NCBI GenBank assembly: GCA_964188305.1
Contig: OZ076885.1
Direction: 5' to 3' (one strand)
From: Podarcis bocagei
Lineage: Eukaryota
DNA: 64,000 bases
The notes beneath the pieces are model-generated. The model made no database searches and was not told the DNA's origin. It worked only from the letters and a program-made list of their open reading frames with translations. The translations under genes were made by a program, and so were the position numbers. Below are positions 12,141 through 26,284 of the stretch, in pieces (the stretch's first letter is position 1; every line of letters begins with the position of its first letter).

Positions 12141-13434
12141 GCTGTTTACCTGGCTCAATTTATTCTCCTCAGCAGCCTCTATTCCACTCCTTCAGTTACT
12201 GTTAACCTGGCATGATATTGACAAAGTGCTCAGCAGATGGGGGCGGGGGGGGGGCGTGTGTGTTGTTTTTAGCTGTTCATTCTATGGCGTCTGGGATCCT
12301 AAGAGCTTGGATCCGGGATCCCATGGCAGCAGAGTCAGTCTTTAAAAAAAGACTCTGTGAAATTGGTGCAGTGTCTGTATATAATCTTTCTGTGTCTCAC
12401 CGGGACAGAATGTTACTATTTGGAGGGAAGAGCCATAGTTCAGTGGCACAGCCTCTGCTTTGCATGCAAAAGCTTCCCTGGCCCAGTCTCCTGCATTTCC
12501 AGAACTCCCTGTGTAGATTATGTAGTTTATTGTTCTACAATCTGCATTGGATCCCTGTTCATTCTGCAGCACAGTTCAAAGTGCCGGTTATTAAGGCCTT
12601 AGTTTGGGCCCAAGGCATTTCTTTTAGGGTTGCCATATTTCAAAAACTAACCCCAGTTCTGTTAAAAACGTGGAAACAGGACTGGAGAAAATAGCAACAA
12701 CGTATGACAAATCCTACCAATTACATGAGGCATACCTGTTCCTCTATAAACACATACTGCTGCCCTGGTGTCTGCTTTAGTCATCGTTTTGTTTTGGTCC
12801 TGTTAGGCTATGCCCACCAGACAGGGATGGGCCAGAAAACTCTCCTCCCTAATTAGCCTATAATTAGCCCAAAAGCTTCCTGGGTACTGGGGTGTGAATA
12901 AGACTAGAATCACCACACACGGTACTCTATCATGATCTCCAAGGCAGCTAGGTAAACTTTATGTGTTGCTCTTACCAGACAGATCCATGCCTGCACATGG
13001 GCCCCCACGATGGATTCACATCTGGGACTTGCAGCATGTAAACTGGGAGCTGACCCACCTCGCTGGGGCCCTCCCTGCAGCCTTTGTGCTCCTGGCATCT
13101 GTGACTGGTTCTCGGGGAGCAAGGGAGAAAGAAATTCCTTATCATGGCACATCTGTGGCTGAGTGGTTAAGAAATGAGGGAGGAGCTCTCTTGCTTTTGT
13201 CCCTGAAATTTCCTTCCTTCCCTCCTGGTGGGACTCAAACTCCCATCTCCTGCTCCCCAGGCCTATGCAGTAAGCCACCGGATAATGCTGTGTGAGTCTC
13301 TGGCTGCCCTTGTCACATGCCCTGGCCTGTCCCTGCTTGGCAAAAGCGTCCTTCCCTCCCTGGGCGAGTCTTGAATCCACCCCCCACCCCACCCCCGGGC
13401 CTGTGCTTCTTCTCTGCAGACCTCCTGCTCAGAG

Positions 13435-13475
<41 letters not shown>

Positions 13476-13845
13476 CTGTGTTATGTGGGCTCTTCTTCCT
13501 TCCCTATGTAGGCTGTATTTCAAAGCAGTGCTTCCGAGCAGCATAAGGGGATTTGAATCCCAGTCTGGAGAGGCGCCTCGGGACTGGCTGTGCTGGCTGA
13601 TGGATTGGGGTGCTGCGCTGTGGTTTTGCATATTGTGCTGCAGGGGGGTGTTTCTGTCAGGACTACATTGGCTTCTGCCATATGTGAGTGGCATGTGGGT
13701 ATCATCACTCACATGTTTTCTGACAAGTGGGCATTTCCAGGGATGATGGTGTGTGTGTGTCATTTTACAAAGCCAAAAGTGAGTGATGACAGCCCTTCCT
13801 GCCCCCTCTCTCTCACACACAATCACACCTCAGCTGAGCAGTGGG

Positions 13846-13992
13846 CAGTGGCGTAGCGTGGGTTGTCAGCACCCGGGGCAAGGCAAGTAATTTGCGCCCC
13901 CTAACCCGTGGATTTGCGCCCCCTAACCCTAACCCCCAGATGTTGCGCCCGGTGTGGCCGGCCCCCCCTGCACCCCCCACGCTACGCCACTG
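13846..13992 (+). mobile_element. Empty 147-bp hAT MITE
   Basis: Perfect TIR CAGTGGCGTAGCGTGGG/CCCACGCTACGCCACTG; perfect TSD gcagtggg. Confidence 0.95.
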
Positions 13993-16142
13993 GCAGTGGG
14001 ACTCTGCAGCCACCTCACCACTTCCACATATCTCAGATTCTTCTTGCCAATTATCTGATGACTGCAGGGTGATTGTGAGGGGCAGGGCAGAGAGATTTAA
14101 CTGTTTCCTCCTGAAAAACTTAGTAGAAGCATGTGGGGCAACTGTCATCAGGTTTGCAGTGGAGAGGGAAGGGCTAAGCACCTCCCCTGCACTGCTCATT
14201 TGGTCAGTGGGGAGCAGCTGGGCAGCCCCCCTCTCTTTCCCCAGCTACTCTGCTATTCCTGCAGGACTCTGCGAGACCTGTGATGAGGAGAGGGACAGGC
14301 CTAGATGACATGTAGCCTCTATCCTCACCCACCAGCCTAACTGGTGCATAGGATTCCTCTGCTTGCTCTTTAGATGTCTCTGTTGAACCCTTCCCTCAAA
14401 GGGTACTTTTTTAGAGCCTTACAAATAATGCATTCTCAGAGACATACAGCAATAGGCACTTGGAAGCCTCTCCGCTACACTGCAGGGATGCTGCCTATAG
14501 CATATTATTGGGTAGCAAAGCCCCATTCAAGCCTAGCCTACAGGGTGTGCTTTTTTCATTTCAAGAATGCCATTGAGTACTGCCACTTGCCAGTACCGCT
14601 AATGCATGGCAGAAATTGAGTTTCCCACCAGGATTTGGATTGGCCCAGCCACTTCATTCGTTTTTTAAATGTCCTCTTGCTTGGGCCCATTAAGTAAAAC
14701 AAAGTTTGATAATGCTAGATAGAAATTAGAAACGAGCTGTTCTTAAATTGGATGATCATACAAGCTCCTTTCATATGATAGATATGGGAAATGCAGCCTG
14801 TTTAATCTTCACTTGCAAAAATGGCCTCCAACCTTTTTTTAGCCGCTGGCTCTACTACAGAGCAGTGCTGTAAAACAACAACACCCCCCTCGGCCCAATT
14901 TGCTTGTCTTGCTGCACTAAGCTGAGATACACCTTCTACTCCAGATTCCTTTGTGTGCAGTTTTATTTTCCAGAATGTATTGAGTCGACTGTCTGGGTAG
15001 CGGCCCCCACCCTCCAAAACTCTTCAAGGTTGGGGTGGTATTTGTATGTTTGTGTGTGCATGTATGGGGGGGGAGAGACTCCTGCTGGGCTCCCCAGACA
15101 GGGAAATGTGCATCTCTCCTCACACTGCTCAGGCTGCAATTTCCGGCAGACATTTGAGGTCCTCGACATCTGCATAATGTGCGCTGGTCTCCTAGCAACC
15201 GGGAACAGCTGTCTGACATTTCCAAGATTAAACTGTAACTATACACGGCTATTGCCAAGGAGCGGGGGCTGGGGGGGGGGTGAAGGAGAAAGGCCTTTCG
15301 CTTCCTGGCTCTTTCCAAGCTATTTATGTTTCAGTCATTTCCCGCTCAGAGGAAGGAGGCTCCAGCTTTTGAGGTGCGGCCACCATTGCGGCCGAGGAGG
15401 CAGATTCTGCACATACATGTTTTTGTTGCAGAGGGATTTCTTTTAGGAGGGGCAGGAAAGGAGGCCACGAAAAAGCTCCACAAGCAGATTCCCCCTCTCC
15501 TGCTGAACCACAAGCATAGAAATCATAGAAATCCCTGCTCTTCCCCTTTTGGATTCCTACTGTTTTGACAGCAGTCCTCCTTTGGAGTAATAGGTGTAGT
15601 AGATGCTAGCTGTCCCCCACATTAACTCTTTTCAATGACAGCAGCATAACCGTATAGATGTTAGACCAGAGGTTCCCAAACTGTGGCCTGAGGACCACCA
15701 GTGGTCCATAAGCTCCATTCAGGCATGTCTGTGGATTTGTGGTGGAAGCCAGGAGACGGCACACGCATCGCATTAAATATTCAGATTGACTTTTAATTGA
15801 AGTTTGCATTTTGTTTGCGTTACAAATTGCATCTTATTGCATTATAGTTTGAATTGGAATACCATAAAATGCAACGCATAAGAAATAAAAGAAGCAATAA
15901 ACTTACACTTAAAAACCATACAGCATCTAGCACAGTTGGAACGACCATTGTTGCAGACGAATTCTTCAAAGAAACAGCAGTGAAACATAACAGCATAAGG
16001 CACGCTCCAGTTCTAAATGTCTTTAGGCTGTGATTCTTAGCACACTTACCTGCAGGTAAGCCCCACTGAATGCACTGGGACTTACTTCTGAGCAAACGTG
16101 CTGTACAAACTTACTTGGGAGTAAATCTCATTAAAGCTCAGA

Positions 16143-16757
16143 CAGTGGCGTAGCAAGGTCAGGTGGTACCCAGTGTGGATTTTTTTGGTCACCCCCCATT
16201 GAAATTGAAATCTGTCAAAGAGAGCCGTGCAGGCAATCACGATGTAGATCCTGCCTTCTCCCCCTTCCTCCCTCCACCCCCCATTAAAGAAAGCCTTGCA
16301 GGCGATGCTGTTGCTGGTCCTGATCCCGCCTTGCCTCATCAGAGACAGCTCCTTCTCGACTCCGTCCCTCACCCCCAAACCAGCGTGCCTTGGCCCTTAA
16401 ATGAAAGGCAAAAACAGGTGCCTCCACGCCCTTCTCGGGAGTCTGCGTCAGCCCCAGAAGGACCCTGCTTTGCCCTGTGAGCAGCACAGCTTTGACCACG
16501 GCGTGCACGGCCACACAGATACACACACAGCACCTGAGCGAGGGCAAGACATGGACGGGCAGGGAGAGCAGGGTCTAGCTGACTGTGCATGCGCCCGGCC
16601 ACAGAGGTGGGAAGGGGACGTGTTGGCGTCGCGATGCAACTCAACCCCACTCGGTTCCACTACACAGGCAGCGTCACGTTCAGCTGGCATTTTGTCACCC
16701 CCCTCACAATGGCACCAGGGGTGGCCAGCACCCCAGCACCCCCTTCCTACACCCCTG
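16143..16757 (+). mobile_element. Non-autonomous hAT element with unrelated GC-rich internal sequence
   Basis: Ends CAGTGGCGTAGC/CCTACACCCCTG; TSD agctcaga/agcccaga. Confidence 0.8.
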
Positions 16758-17345
16758 AGCCCAGATTGTCGGGGCTTGTATAGCTCTGTGTGTGGCATTT
16801 TGGAAGTCCAGATTGTAAATCAGGGATTGTTTATCCATGTGCCATATCTACCCCATTTAGCTTTTTTAAAGACCAAAATGATTTTCTCCTTACTCCTCAT
16901 CCACACAGTCCTTGCTAGTTGCTTCAGGTGTTTTAGGGTACCCAAAACTCATTCAGTCCCCAAATCGGGTGGCTCTTCTTGTCTTTAAAAAGGACCTCTT
17001 CTTCCTCTGGGGTGCCACCAGTGCAATAAGGTCTTACAGCTCAGGAAACAGGAATTCTTCCGGTTTTCTAAGACCTTCTTGCAATGGTGGCACCCCAGAG
17101 AGAGCAGAGATTCCTTTTAAAGGCGACAAGAGAACTTCCTGCCTAGTTCCCTCTCCCCTCCCATTGCTGTATAGTGAAGGGCAGAGATTCCCCTGCTCCA
17201 CTGCTGGTTAACAGAAGAATGAGAGTGCTGTCTGAATGTGTGTTTCTGTTTGACTTGATGTGTTTGTGTGAGCATGCCTGCTTGTCTGCCTGCCTGCCTG
17301 CCTGCCTGCTGACAGAAAGAGGTGACAAAAGAGAGAAAGGGAATA

Positions 17346-17511
17346 CTGTATTTTTCTGTCTATAAGATGCCCCCATGTTTAAGACTTCTCCTATTTTGGG
17401 GGACTCAGATTTAAGAAAATGGGGAGAGATGGCCCAGAATATAAGACGCCCCCTAATTTTTGACATTATTTTTTTAAGGAAAAAACCCTACTTATACATG
17501 GAAAAATACGG
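17346..17511. mobile_element. Tc1/mariner (Tigger-like) MITE
   Basis: TA-ctgtatttttc...gaaaaatacgg-TA. Confidence 0.75.
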
Positions 17512-17644
17512 TAGTTATGCTCACTTTTGATCTGGCTTCTACACTACCCACTGCCAGCATGCAACCCTTAACAGATTACCCCTGTTGGGGTACTACCTCC
17601 GAAGGAACATGATCCTTGCAATAGAATCTCATTCATACCAAAGG

Positions 17645-17780
17645 ATAGAATCATAGAGTCAGAAGGGACCCCATGGATTATCTCATTCAACTCACTGCAA
17701 TACAGGAATATGCACCCATACAGGGATCTAACTTGTGACCTGGGTGTTGTCAGCACCACGCTCTAACCAATTGAGCCAAC
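17645..17780 (-). mobile_element. tRNA-Ile-derived SINE
   Basis: Reverse complement of the 5005-5160 family. Confidence 0.65.
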
Positions 17781-18166
17781 TAGCAAGGCTAGTGCAACTT
17801 GTAGCACTGAAAAAACTAACAAATGCATTGTGGCATGACCTTTTGCGAATTGGAAGGTATGTGAAATGTTATCTTCAGCTGGTTACACTCTATTCATAAA
17901 TTGGAAGGGGTGGGATGAGTTTGTCATGAAATACAAAAGTAGAGACAGGGTCTCATTAGTGGTGGCTCCATGATTACAGCACTTCCTCTCAACTGAAGTG
18001 CAAACGGCTCCATCAATACAAGCCTTTAAATAGATTTTTAAAAATTCAATTTATTCCAAGTAGTTTATTCTTAAGGATATGATGCTGTTATTTTTTTGTT
18101 TTTATTGTAAAACACTGTTGTTTTAAAGGACGGCTTTTCTAGACAATTTTGGTGGCATTTGTTGCT

Positions 18167-18169
<3 letters not shown>

Positions 18170-18226
<57 letters not shown>
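18170..18226. repeat. (TA)n microsatellite
   Basis: Directly visible. Confidence 0.95.
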
Positions 18227-18232
<6 letters not shown>

Positions 18233-21200
18233 CATAGAATCATGCATAGGGAAGCCACTTTGACAAGTCTGTGGCCTATATTTTTTTTTTAAATCACCTG
18301 CAGATCTCAGACCTCTGTAACAGTTGTGAAAGTGACTGCATGTAAAATTATATCTATATATACACCATTTCCACCGGACCTCATCAAAAATGACAAGTGA
18401 ACTATTGGGTGCAATGTGGTCAAAGTAATAAGCTCAAGGGGGACACTGACTTGAGACCAGCTCAACTTGTTGCACCAGTTCTAATTTAAACCAGGTGAAA
18501 GATTCATGCACGTAACCAAAGGCTGAAGTTCCAGACTTTATTTTAAGCCAAATAAACAAAGCCTCTGGTGATGCAATTCCGTGTCCCCAGCCCACCCTGA
18601 AACCCAGTGAGCTGTTTTCCTTCCCAAAGGCCAGAAGAGACAGTCCATCTCCACCCCGCACCTGCTAACGCTGAGCTCTGTTATTGCTCTGTAATCATTG
18701 ACTAACTTCACATTGGATTTGTTTTGCTTTTAATTCTTTTGCTCTGTTTTTAAGCAAACAAGAATGGAAAAGCACGCGCTCTGTGCACAGTTTGGCTGCA
18801 GCTGTCAGTTCCTTTTGGCTACTCTCTAGTGCCAAGGGCAGCAGGATCCAGGAATTTATCTGCTGGTGCCAGCAAGAAATCACTGACCCAAACAAGGGAG
18901 TCAGGAGGACTTGGGCTGGAGTTCTTGCCAGGGATCAGCAAGCGGCCAGAGAGGGAGAGGCTGCTGAGTCATCACTGTTTCAGCTGCTGCAAGCCTTTCC
19001 AGGGGACACTGCTCCTGCTGCTGCTGCTGTTGCTAAGATTCTTGGGAGCTGACTGATTGCTCCTTCTATAGTCATGTAAAACACACATGCAAGTCAGAGG
19101 AGTAAGAAAATACCAGCTGGGTTTGGCTTGCATCAAGGAAACAGCTTGCTGTCTACGGTTGGCCAATCTCTGTCTGCTCTTCCCCCGCCCCCTCAGGTAT
19201 CCTGGGACTACTGAATCTAGTGCTGGTTCGAAACATGGGGCCTAAAGATGGGAGGATAGCCTTGAACTCCAGAGACCGAGTTCAAATTCCATTGCAGTAA
19301 TGGGATTTAAGGGATAATAACTTTCCCAAGGCCACTCGTTGGGTGGCCTTGGGCAAATCATGAGCGTAATGGAACGCAGTTAAGTTTCCTGAAGATCTGA
19401 AAAGTCATGAGTGAAAGGATATGAGATGGGCAAGAAAAAATGCTTTGCTGGATCAGACAAAGTGATCCTTGCCACATTCTGAGGTGTGAGAGGCTCGGAA
19501 AAGGCTTGAGTCACACTAAGGAAGAGCACACTTGAATTGACTCGCAGCATTCCATAGGGTCATTAGGATAAATCGCTCAATCCTGGCTTTTTAAAAGGCA
19601 AAAGTAATAGGAAAGCGCACAGACTCCTTTAGCAAAGGTGTTCCTGTGGCCATTTAACAATCGCCTCTTTGTTTCTTTTACGGACTTAGCTTCAGTTTTC
19701 ACTCGCTTTCTTTTGGTATGCCTTTTGTCATACCAACAGTTATTTGGACAGTGCTCTGCTTGAAACTGGATATGCTGATCTGATGCTTCAGGAAATTGCT
19801 GGCTGAGGTCACAGAAGGGTAGTGGAATGTTAATATTGGGCAGAATGAAATGATGCTGAACCAATACACACCCATTTACCTCAGAAAACTAGTGAGTTTT
19901 GTTCACATGCTCTGATCAAACCAAATCTGGCCTGAGAAACTTGGACCAGGCTAGCTGGCTTTATTTGCTTTTGTTAGCTTCTGATAAGTTTGCTTTCTTC
20001 AGTAGACTGGAGCTTACCTTGTCTTGCTCAAGTCAACTGGGCGTACCTTATGAAATTACTTTCCCTGCTGTCGGAGGGCCTGCAGCAAGCATGCCTCTTG
20101 ACCTATCAAGTTCTTTGCAATTACTATGCTATAGTATCTTTTGATGAAGGTTCTATATTTTAAATAACTGGGAATTTATATAGGAGCATGGTAGCATACT
20201 TTTGACTCATGTGCTATACATGGTGTAATACTTAGCATTCCGTTCCTTTCTGACCCTGGATGCTATAAAGCATCTTATTCATTTCCCCTATGGATTCAGT
20301 CTCTTTGTTCTTGATATCACAAGGGAGCAGAGAGATTCACAGATGAGAAAAACGTTTCACACTCTACGTGGGGCTACCTTTGAAGATGGCTCAGGAACTG
20401 CAGTTGGTGCAAAAACGAGTCCTCAGTGCAGCTTGCAGCATGGAATGCATGCCTGCAATGTTATTCTGTACAAATTGTTCTTGGGCTCAATTCAATGTAC
20501 TGATGTTTGCCTTTAAAACATGAAATGATTTGGGGCTTGGATACGTAAAGGACCATGTCAAGCAGTAAGTGCTGCCCTTCCAAATAAACATAGGCAGGTG
20601 GGCATGGAAGACAAGCCCTTCTTGGCAGTGGAACCTACAAACAAACAAACAAATCTGGACAAATGCTCAGGTCATCTGGAAGTTACTCTAGTCTCCTGCA
20701 TAGCACGTAATCTGGCCCCATCTCTGCTGTTGGCCTATTCCAGTATTTCAAACCTCCTACCCATTTGTCCCCCGGGTGGACCCTCACCCCTACTGCCCCT
20801 CCCCCATTCCTCTGCTGGATCTGGGGAGGCAGAAAATACTTTTCCTGCCACACAGGGCACATCTAGACATCTTCATATCTGTTTATGCCTTAGGGCAAAA
20901 AGGCTTTTCTTCTTACGTCCTTTTATGAAATCATGCACGCCAATTGGTACATAAATAAACCAACGCCTAATTAATAATAAAATTAATCACCCCTGCTCCT
21001 AATCTTTTTGTTTGTCGTCTTTGATTTCTCTGCAGGGCTGCAAAGGGCTTGGAGTCAAGTACTGCAGAATAATGTTTTTCTAACCTAAGTTCGGTTTAGC
21101 AGTTTATCCACATCCTGGGTATATGTGATGGACCTACCAAAAACAATTTAAGGATGGAATACTGAGGGAGTCTGTGTCCCCTCTAAATTTTAGATGAAGT

Positions 21201-21517
21201 ACAATCATTCCTTCTTCTTGAACTCTTTGAAGGAATGACCATAACAAACAGTACATTGTCTCAAATAAATAGTAAGAGGCAACAGAAAACCCATGCGATA
21301 GCATTCTCTCCCACCCCCCACCTTAGTGATTGGGATATATGTTCATCTCCTTCATTTATGGAATCTCAAATACTGACATTCTTCCCCAACCTTTCAGCAC
21401 AACAATTTTCTATTTGCGAGTGTTCCCCACCCAAATGTGTAACATAAAAACTTATCTCATTCTGATAAACTTGTGTGATGCCATGACAGATACCCTCTAT
21501 TACTGTATTCTAAGGAC

Positions 21518-21860
21518 ATATTAAGAAACAGATGGAATCAGACTGAAGGTCCATCACATTCTCATACCAGATGCCTATGGGAAGCCCACAAACAGGACTT
21601 GAAAACTGTGCTCTCCAGCAACTGGTTTTCAGAGGCATACTTCTCCAACCGTGGAGGTAGAACATCTTGGCTAGTAGTCATTGATAGCCTTACCATCCAA
21701 GAATTAGTCACATCCTTTTTTTTAGACCTATCCAAGTTGGTGGCCATCACAACATCTTGAGGAAGTGAACTCCATAGTTTAACTCTGTGCTGTGTGAAGA
21801 AGTCCTTCCTGTCCTGAATCTTCCAACATGCAACTTCACTGGTTGGTCCCAAAGCACACG
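21518..21860 (-). mobile_element. CR1 LINE 3' fragment
   Basis: Translates RKDFFTQHRVKLWSSLPQDVVMATNLD (CR1 ORF2 C-terminus). Confidence 0.8.
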
Positions 21861-24800
21861 ACGCCAACTGGAATCGCTTCGATCTATGTACTTGTTGCCA
21901 CTCTCAGGGAATGCTTAAGGTTAGTGAGACAGGACTTACCATAGCAGAAACCAGGATGGTACTGCTTCAGCAAGACTTGTTCTTCTATATATTTGGCAAT
22001 TCTGTCTTTAACAATGCTTGCCACCAGTTTTCCCAAAAGAGAAAGCTAGCTAGCATGTAATTTCCCAGATTCTCCCTAGATCCCATTAAAAAATTTGGTG
22101 TTGACCCCTTTCCGGTCCTCTGGTACAAGTTACAGGCTTTTTTTGTTTGTTAGAAGATCAGGAGTTTCACATTTTAATTCTTTAAGTAAAGGTTCTCTCT
22201 TGATTTCCATTGTGTCAGGGACTGCAATCACATGCAAATGCATGCAATGCATGAAATAATTTTAAGAATCCAAAACTATTTTGTAAAAATAAAAATTGAG
22301 GACTTCTAAGCACTTAGCAAGCCTTTGTCTTACTTAGAAAACGACATCTAATTCCAGCTTCCAATTCTGTGTTTCTCTCCTTGATTCCTTAAGAGTTTGG
22401 CTGCAACTTCTAGGTGTCAAAAGATCAGCAAACCATGGCCTTGACTGTTTTGATGGCTTGCCTAGAGACAGGGTGAGGGTGAGGTAAAGGGAGTGGAGAG
22501 AAGCCCTGAGTACAGTCACTGAGGCACTCAAAGCTTTTGTTCTGTGCTGAAGGTCATCGAAGGCAGATAGTGATCTCCAAAGACAGTGACTTTGCTTTTC
22601 GGAGAGGGGGAAAACAGAGCAGTGGCCACCAAATAACTTGGGAAAATAATTTCAAACATGGGTGCCTATTAATGTGTTGAGCGTGCGCAACCACCGCTAG
22701 CCATGCAACACATAAATATTTTCATGGCACAGCAACAAGGAGTCATGTTCAACTGATGCCAGCGACTGCCTTCAAAACAAGTCGGTGACAATGTTGCTTC
22801 TGCCTTTGCAAAGGAAAACTGCTCTGTCTGTCTCCCAAGAATTCCAGCGGCCAGATCTGCTGACACAGACTGCAGCTAGCCCCCCATCCCTAGGTTAACA
22901 CAACAACAGTGCTATGGATAACTAAGCTGAATTGTACACCATCTCATTCTTTTTTTCTTTTTCTTTTGGCACAGACTGTTGCATCCTGGTTTGTAATCAG
23001 AACCATTTGTAGGTAGAGTGCACAAAATTCCAAGTCACAGGTCCCTTGGTGAAGATACAGAATGCTTTTAGAATTTATACTAGTTGTATTACTTGTGGTA
23101 TTCTTCCAGTGGAAGAATGCAAAAGCAGAATCTGATTTCAGTGGCTTTGTAAACAAGGCTTCTATTCTGAAAAAAATATGCCGGGTAAGTAAATAAATCT
23201 AAATGAGTCATTGTAGAAATGGGATATGGCCTGCTGTGGAGTGGAAAGACACTTGAACTGGCATGGCAAGGGTTCAAATCCTCCTTTAGCCACGAAATCA
23301 CTGGGTGGCTTTGAACAACCTACTTGAAGACACCAGCAGGCTTAAACCAGGAAGTCAGGGAACAGGAACCAGGTCTGCACTACCAGGACCATGAATGGCT
23401 CATCCCATTTTGCTGCCCGAGGTGAAATGGGAAGGTGCTGCCTTGCGCATGTTCCACCTTGCCACCTCCACCGAAGCCTTGTGGCTGTGGCTTCCAAGTT
23501 CCATCGAGATCTCATGACAGCCTCATGAGAGGCCTCACATGACCTTCCCTAGCCCCTAAGTGAGGGTCTCCACTGGAGAAGCAAGAAGTGACTGCAGCTG
23601 GTTCTGGTGAGATCTCATGAGAGACCCACAAGATTGTGTGGAGGCAGTGGTGGAGTATCGTGGCGGAATACTGTGGAGTATTACACCACCTGAGGCAGCT
23701 GTCTCGGTCTGCCTCATGGTTGGGCTGGCCCCAATGAAGACAGATTGCTGGTTAAGGAAATGGCTGGCCTGACTCCACACTTCATAGTGCCAGGAAGAGG
23801 CTGGTCAGTCCAGAACCAATGCCTGCGGAGAGGAGTAGAAGGCCAGAGGTGCCTGCATGGGGGTGCCTGCTTCGTGCCCCTTCAATAATCTGTACCCAGA
23901 GTCATGGCCCCTCTGGCACCCCTGATGCCACACCCCTGGCAGTGAGTCATACTGGATTTTGCTGCACAAGAAGCACTTCTAGTGGGAAAATAGGAGCCAG
24001 GTTATCATGAACGGTTGGCAGTTCACCAGACATTTCTTCTCTCGAAAACTTAAATGTGAACATGGAAGCACCATGTTTCATGGTGTCCATGGGCCAATTT
24101 CAATGAAACACAGCTATCTTTCAAAATCTGTACTTCTCTGAATTTTACGACTTAGGTCGTAAAAAATCATATATGTACTTTAAAATGCTTTATATTAGGG
24201 GAAATTGCTTGCAAAATGTATATGTAACACCAAAATGTGTTTATTGGGGGAAAAATCACATTAAAATTTGATGAATTTCCATGAGGATTTTTTTAAAATT
24301 GCAAATTGCTGCACAAATGTGGAGAAATGAATTTGAGATAGGAAAAAAGAGAAACCCAGAGAGCTGAAATTCCTCATTCCTAGTTAGTAGTGCCCCTACC
24401 TGGAAAAAAACAAACCCACGTGATGGTCCATGTATCAGAGTGCAACTTTCCAAATGGATGCTAAATATTAGATTTTGGCAGTAGCTCTCCACACTCTTGC
24501 CTGCTCCCTCACGCTCTTGCATCTACAAAATGCATGCTGATTTTCCATTCCAAGGTAATATCATACTACTACTTAGTGTGCATATATTCTGGCACGAGTA
24601 TTCCCCACAAAGGAGCAACGCGTTATCAGATTCTGCCACAAAGCTGCTCGACTTCCTTTGTGTGTTACTGCTGAAGATGTGCAAGAACAGGAGTTTTTCC
24701 AGGCCAGCCATTCAGCCTCCCCCCTTCCCACAATGTATCATCCCAAACAGATCACAAGATTAGCCCCCAGCAGTGCTGTCAGATTTTGTTTCTTTTAAAA

Positions 24801-25090
24801 ATTCCACTCTGACTTCCTTGGAAGAAAGAAAAAAGCAAGATGGCTTATAAAACATCAGCATTATAAACATCAACATTGCATGTCAAACCACAAGAAGTCA
24901 TCCCACTCTGAACTGATTTTTTCTCTTCTGGAAATGTGTGACAAAAACGATGCAGCATTTGTTCAATATAAGTATTTCATGGTAATTAAAATATGTGCTG
25001 GATGACAACAAATTCCAGTTAATTTTAGTCAGGCTAATGCAGATGTAGCACTTCTTTGTTTTATCAGTCAAAAATGGTACCTTGTGTGGA

Positions 25091-26284
25091 GCACAGACGG
25101 TGTAGCCATTTCACCTCAGCTGTAGGAGAACTAGGGGCACAGACAGTGTGGCCATTTCACTTCAGCCGTAGGAGAACTAGGGGCACAGACAGTGTGGCCA
25201 TTTCACCTCAGCCGTAGGAGAACTAGGGGCACAGACAGTGTGGCCATGTCAGCTCAGCCGTAGGAGAACTAGGGGCACAGACAGTGTGGCCATTTCACCT
25301 CAGCCATAGGAGAACTAGGGGCACAGACAGTGTGGCCATTTCACCTCAGCCGTAGGAGAACTAGGGGCACAGACAGTGTGGCCATTTCACCTCAGCCGTA
25401 GGAGAACTAGGGGCACAGACAGTGTGGCCATTTCACCTCAGCCGTAGGAGAACTAGGGGCACAGACAGTGTGGCCATTTCACCTCAGCCGTAGGAGAACT
25501 AGGGGCACAGACAGTGTGGCCATTTCACCTCAGCCGTAGGAGAACTAGGGGCACAGACAGTGTGGCCATTTCACCTCAGCCGTAGGAGAACTAGGGGCAC
25601 AGACAGTGTGGCCATTTCACCTCAGCCGTAGGAGAACTAGGGGCACAGACAGTGTGGCCATTTCACCTCAGCCGTAGGAGAACTAGGGGCACAGACAGTG
25701 TGGCCATTTCACCTCAGCCGTAGGAGAACTAGGGGCACAGACAGTGTGGCCATTTCACCTCAGCCGTAGGAGAACTAGGGGCACAGACAGTGTGGCCATT
25801 TCACCTCAGCCGTAGGAGAACTAGGGGCACAGACAGTGTGGCCATTTCACCTCAGCCGTAGGAGAACTAGGGGCACAGACACTGTGGCCATTTCACCTCA
25901 GCCGTAGGAGAACTAGGGGCACAGACAGTGTGGCCATTTCACCTCAGCCGTAGGAGAACTAGGGGCACAGACAGTGTGGCCATTTCACCTCAGCCGTAGG
26001 AGAACTAGGGGCACAGACACTGTGGCCATTTCACCTCAGCCGTAGGAGAACTAGGGGCACAGACACTGTGGCCATTTCACCTCAGCCGTAGGAGAAGTAG
26101 GGGCACAGACAGTGTGGCCATTTCACCTCAGCCGTAGGAGAACTAGGGGCACAGACACTGTGGCCATTTCACCTCAGCCGTAGGAGAACTAGGGGCACAG
26201 ACACTGTGGCCATTTCACCTCAGCCGTAGGAGAACTAGGGGCACAGACACTGTGGCCATTTCACCTCAGCCGTAGGAGAAGTAG
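25091..26284. repeat. Minisatellite, 26 x 46 bp
   Basis: Unit gcacagacagtgtggccatttcacctcagccgtaggagaactaggg; units in exact 46-bp phase from 25091 to 26241. Confidence 0.97.

Noticed and set aside
25091-26284. CRISPR-like array
   Set aside because: Head-to-tail near-identical units with no unique spacers; vertebrate context.
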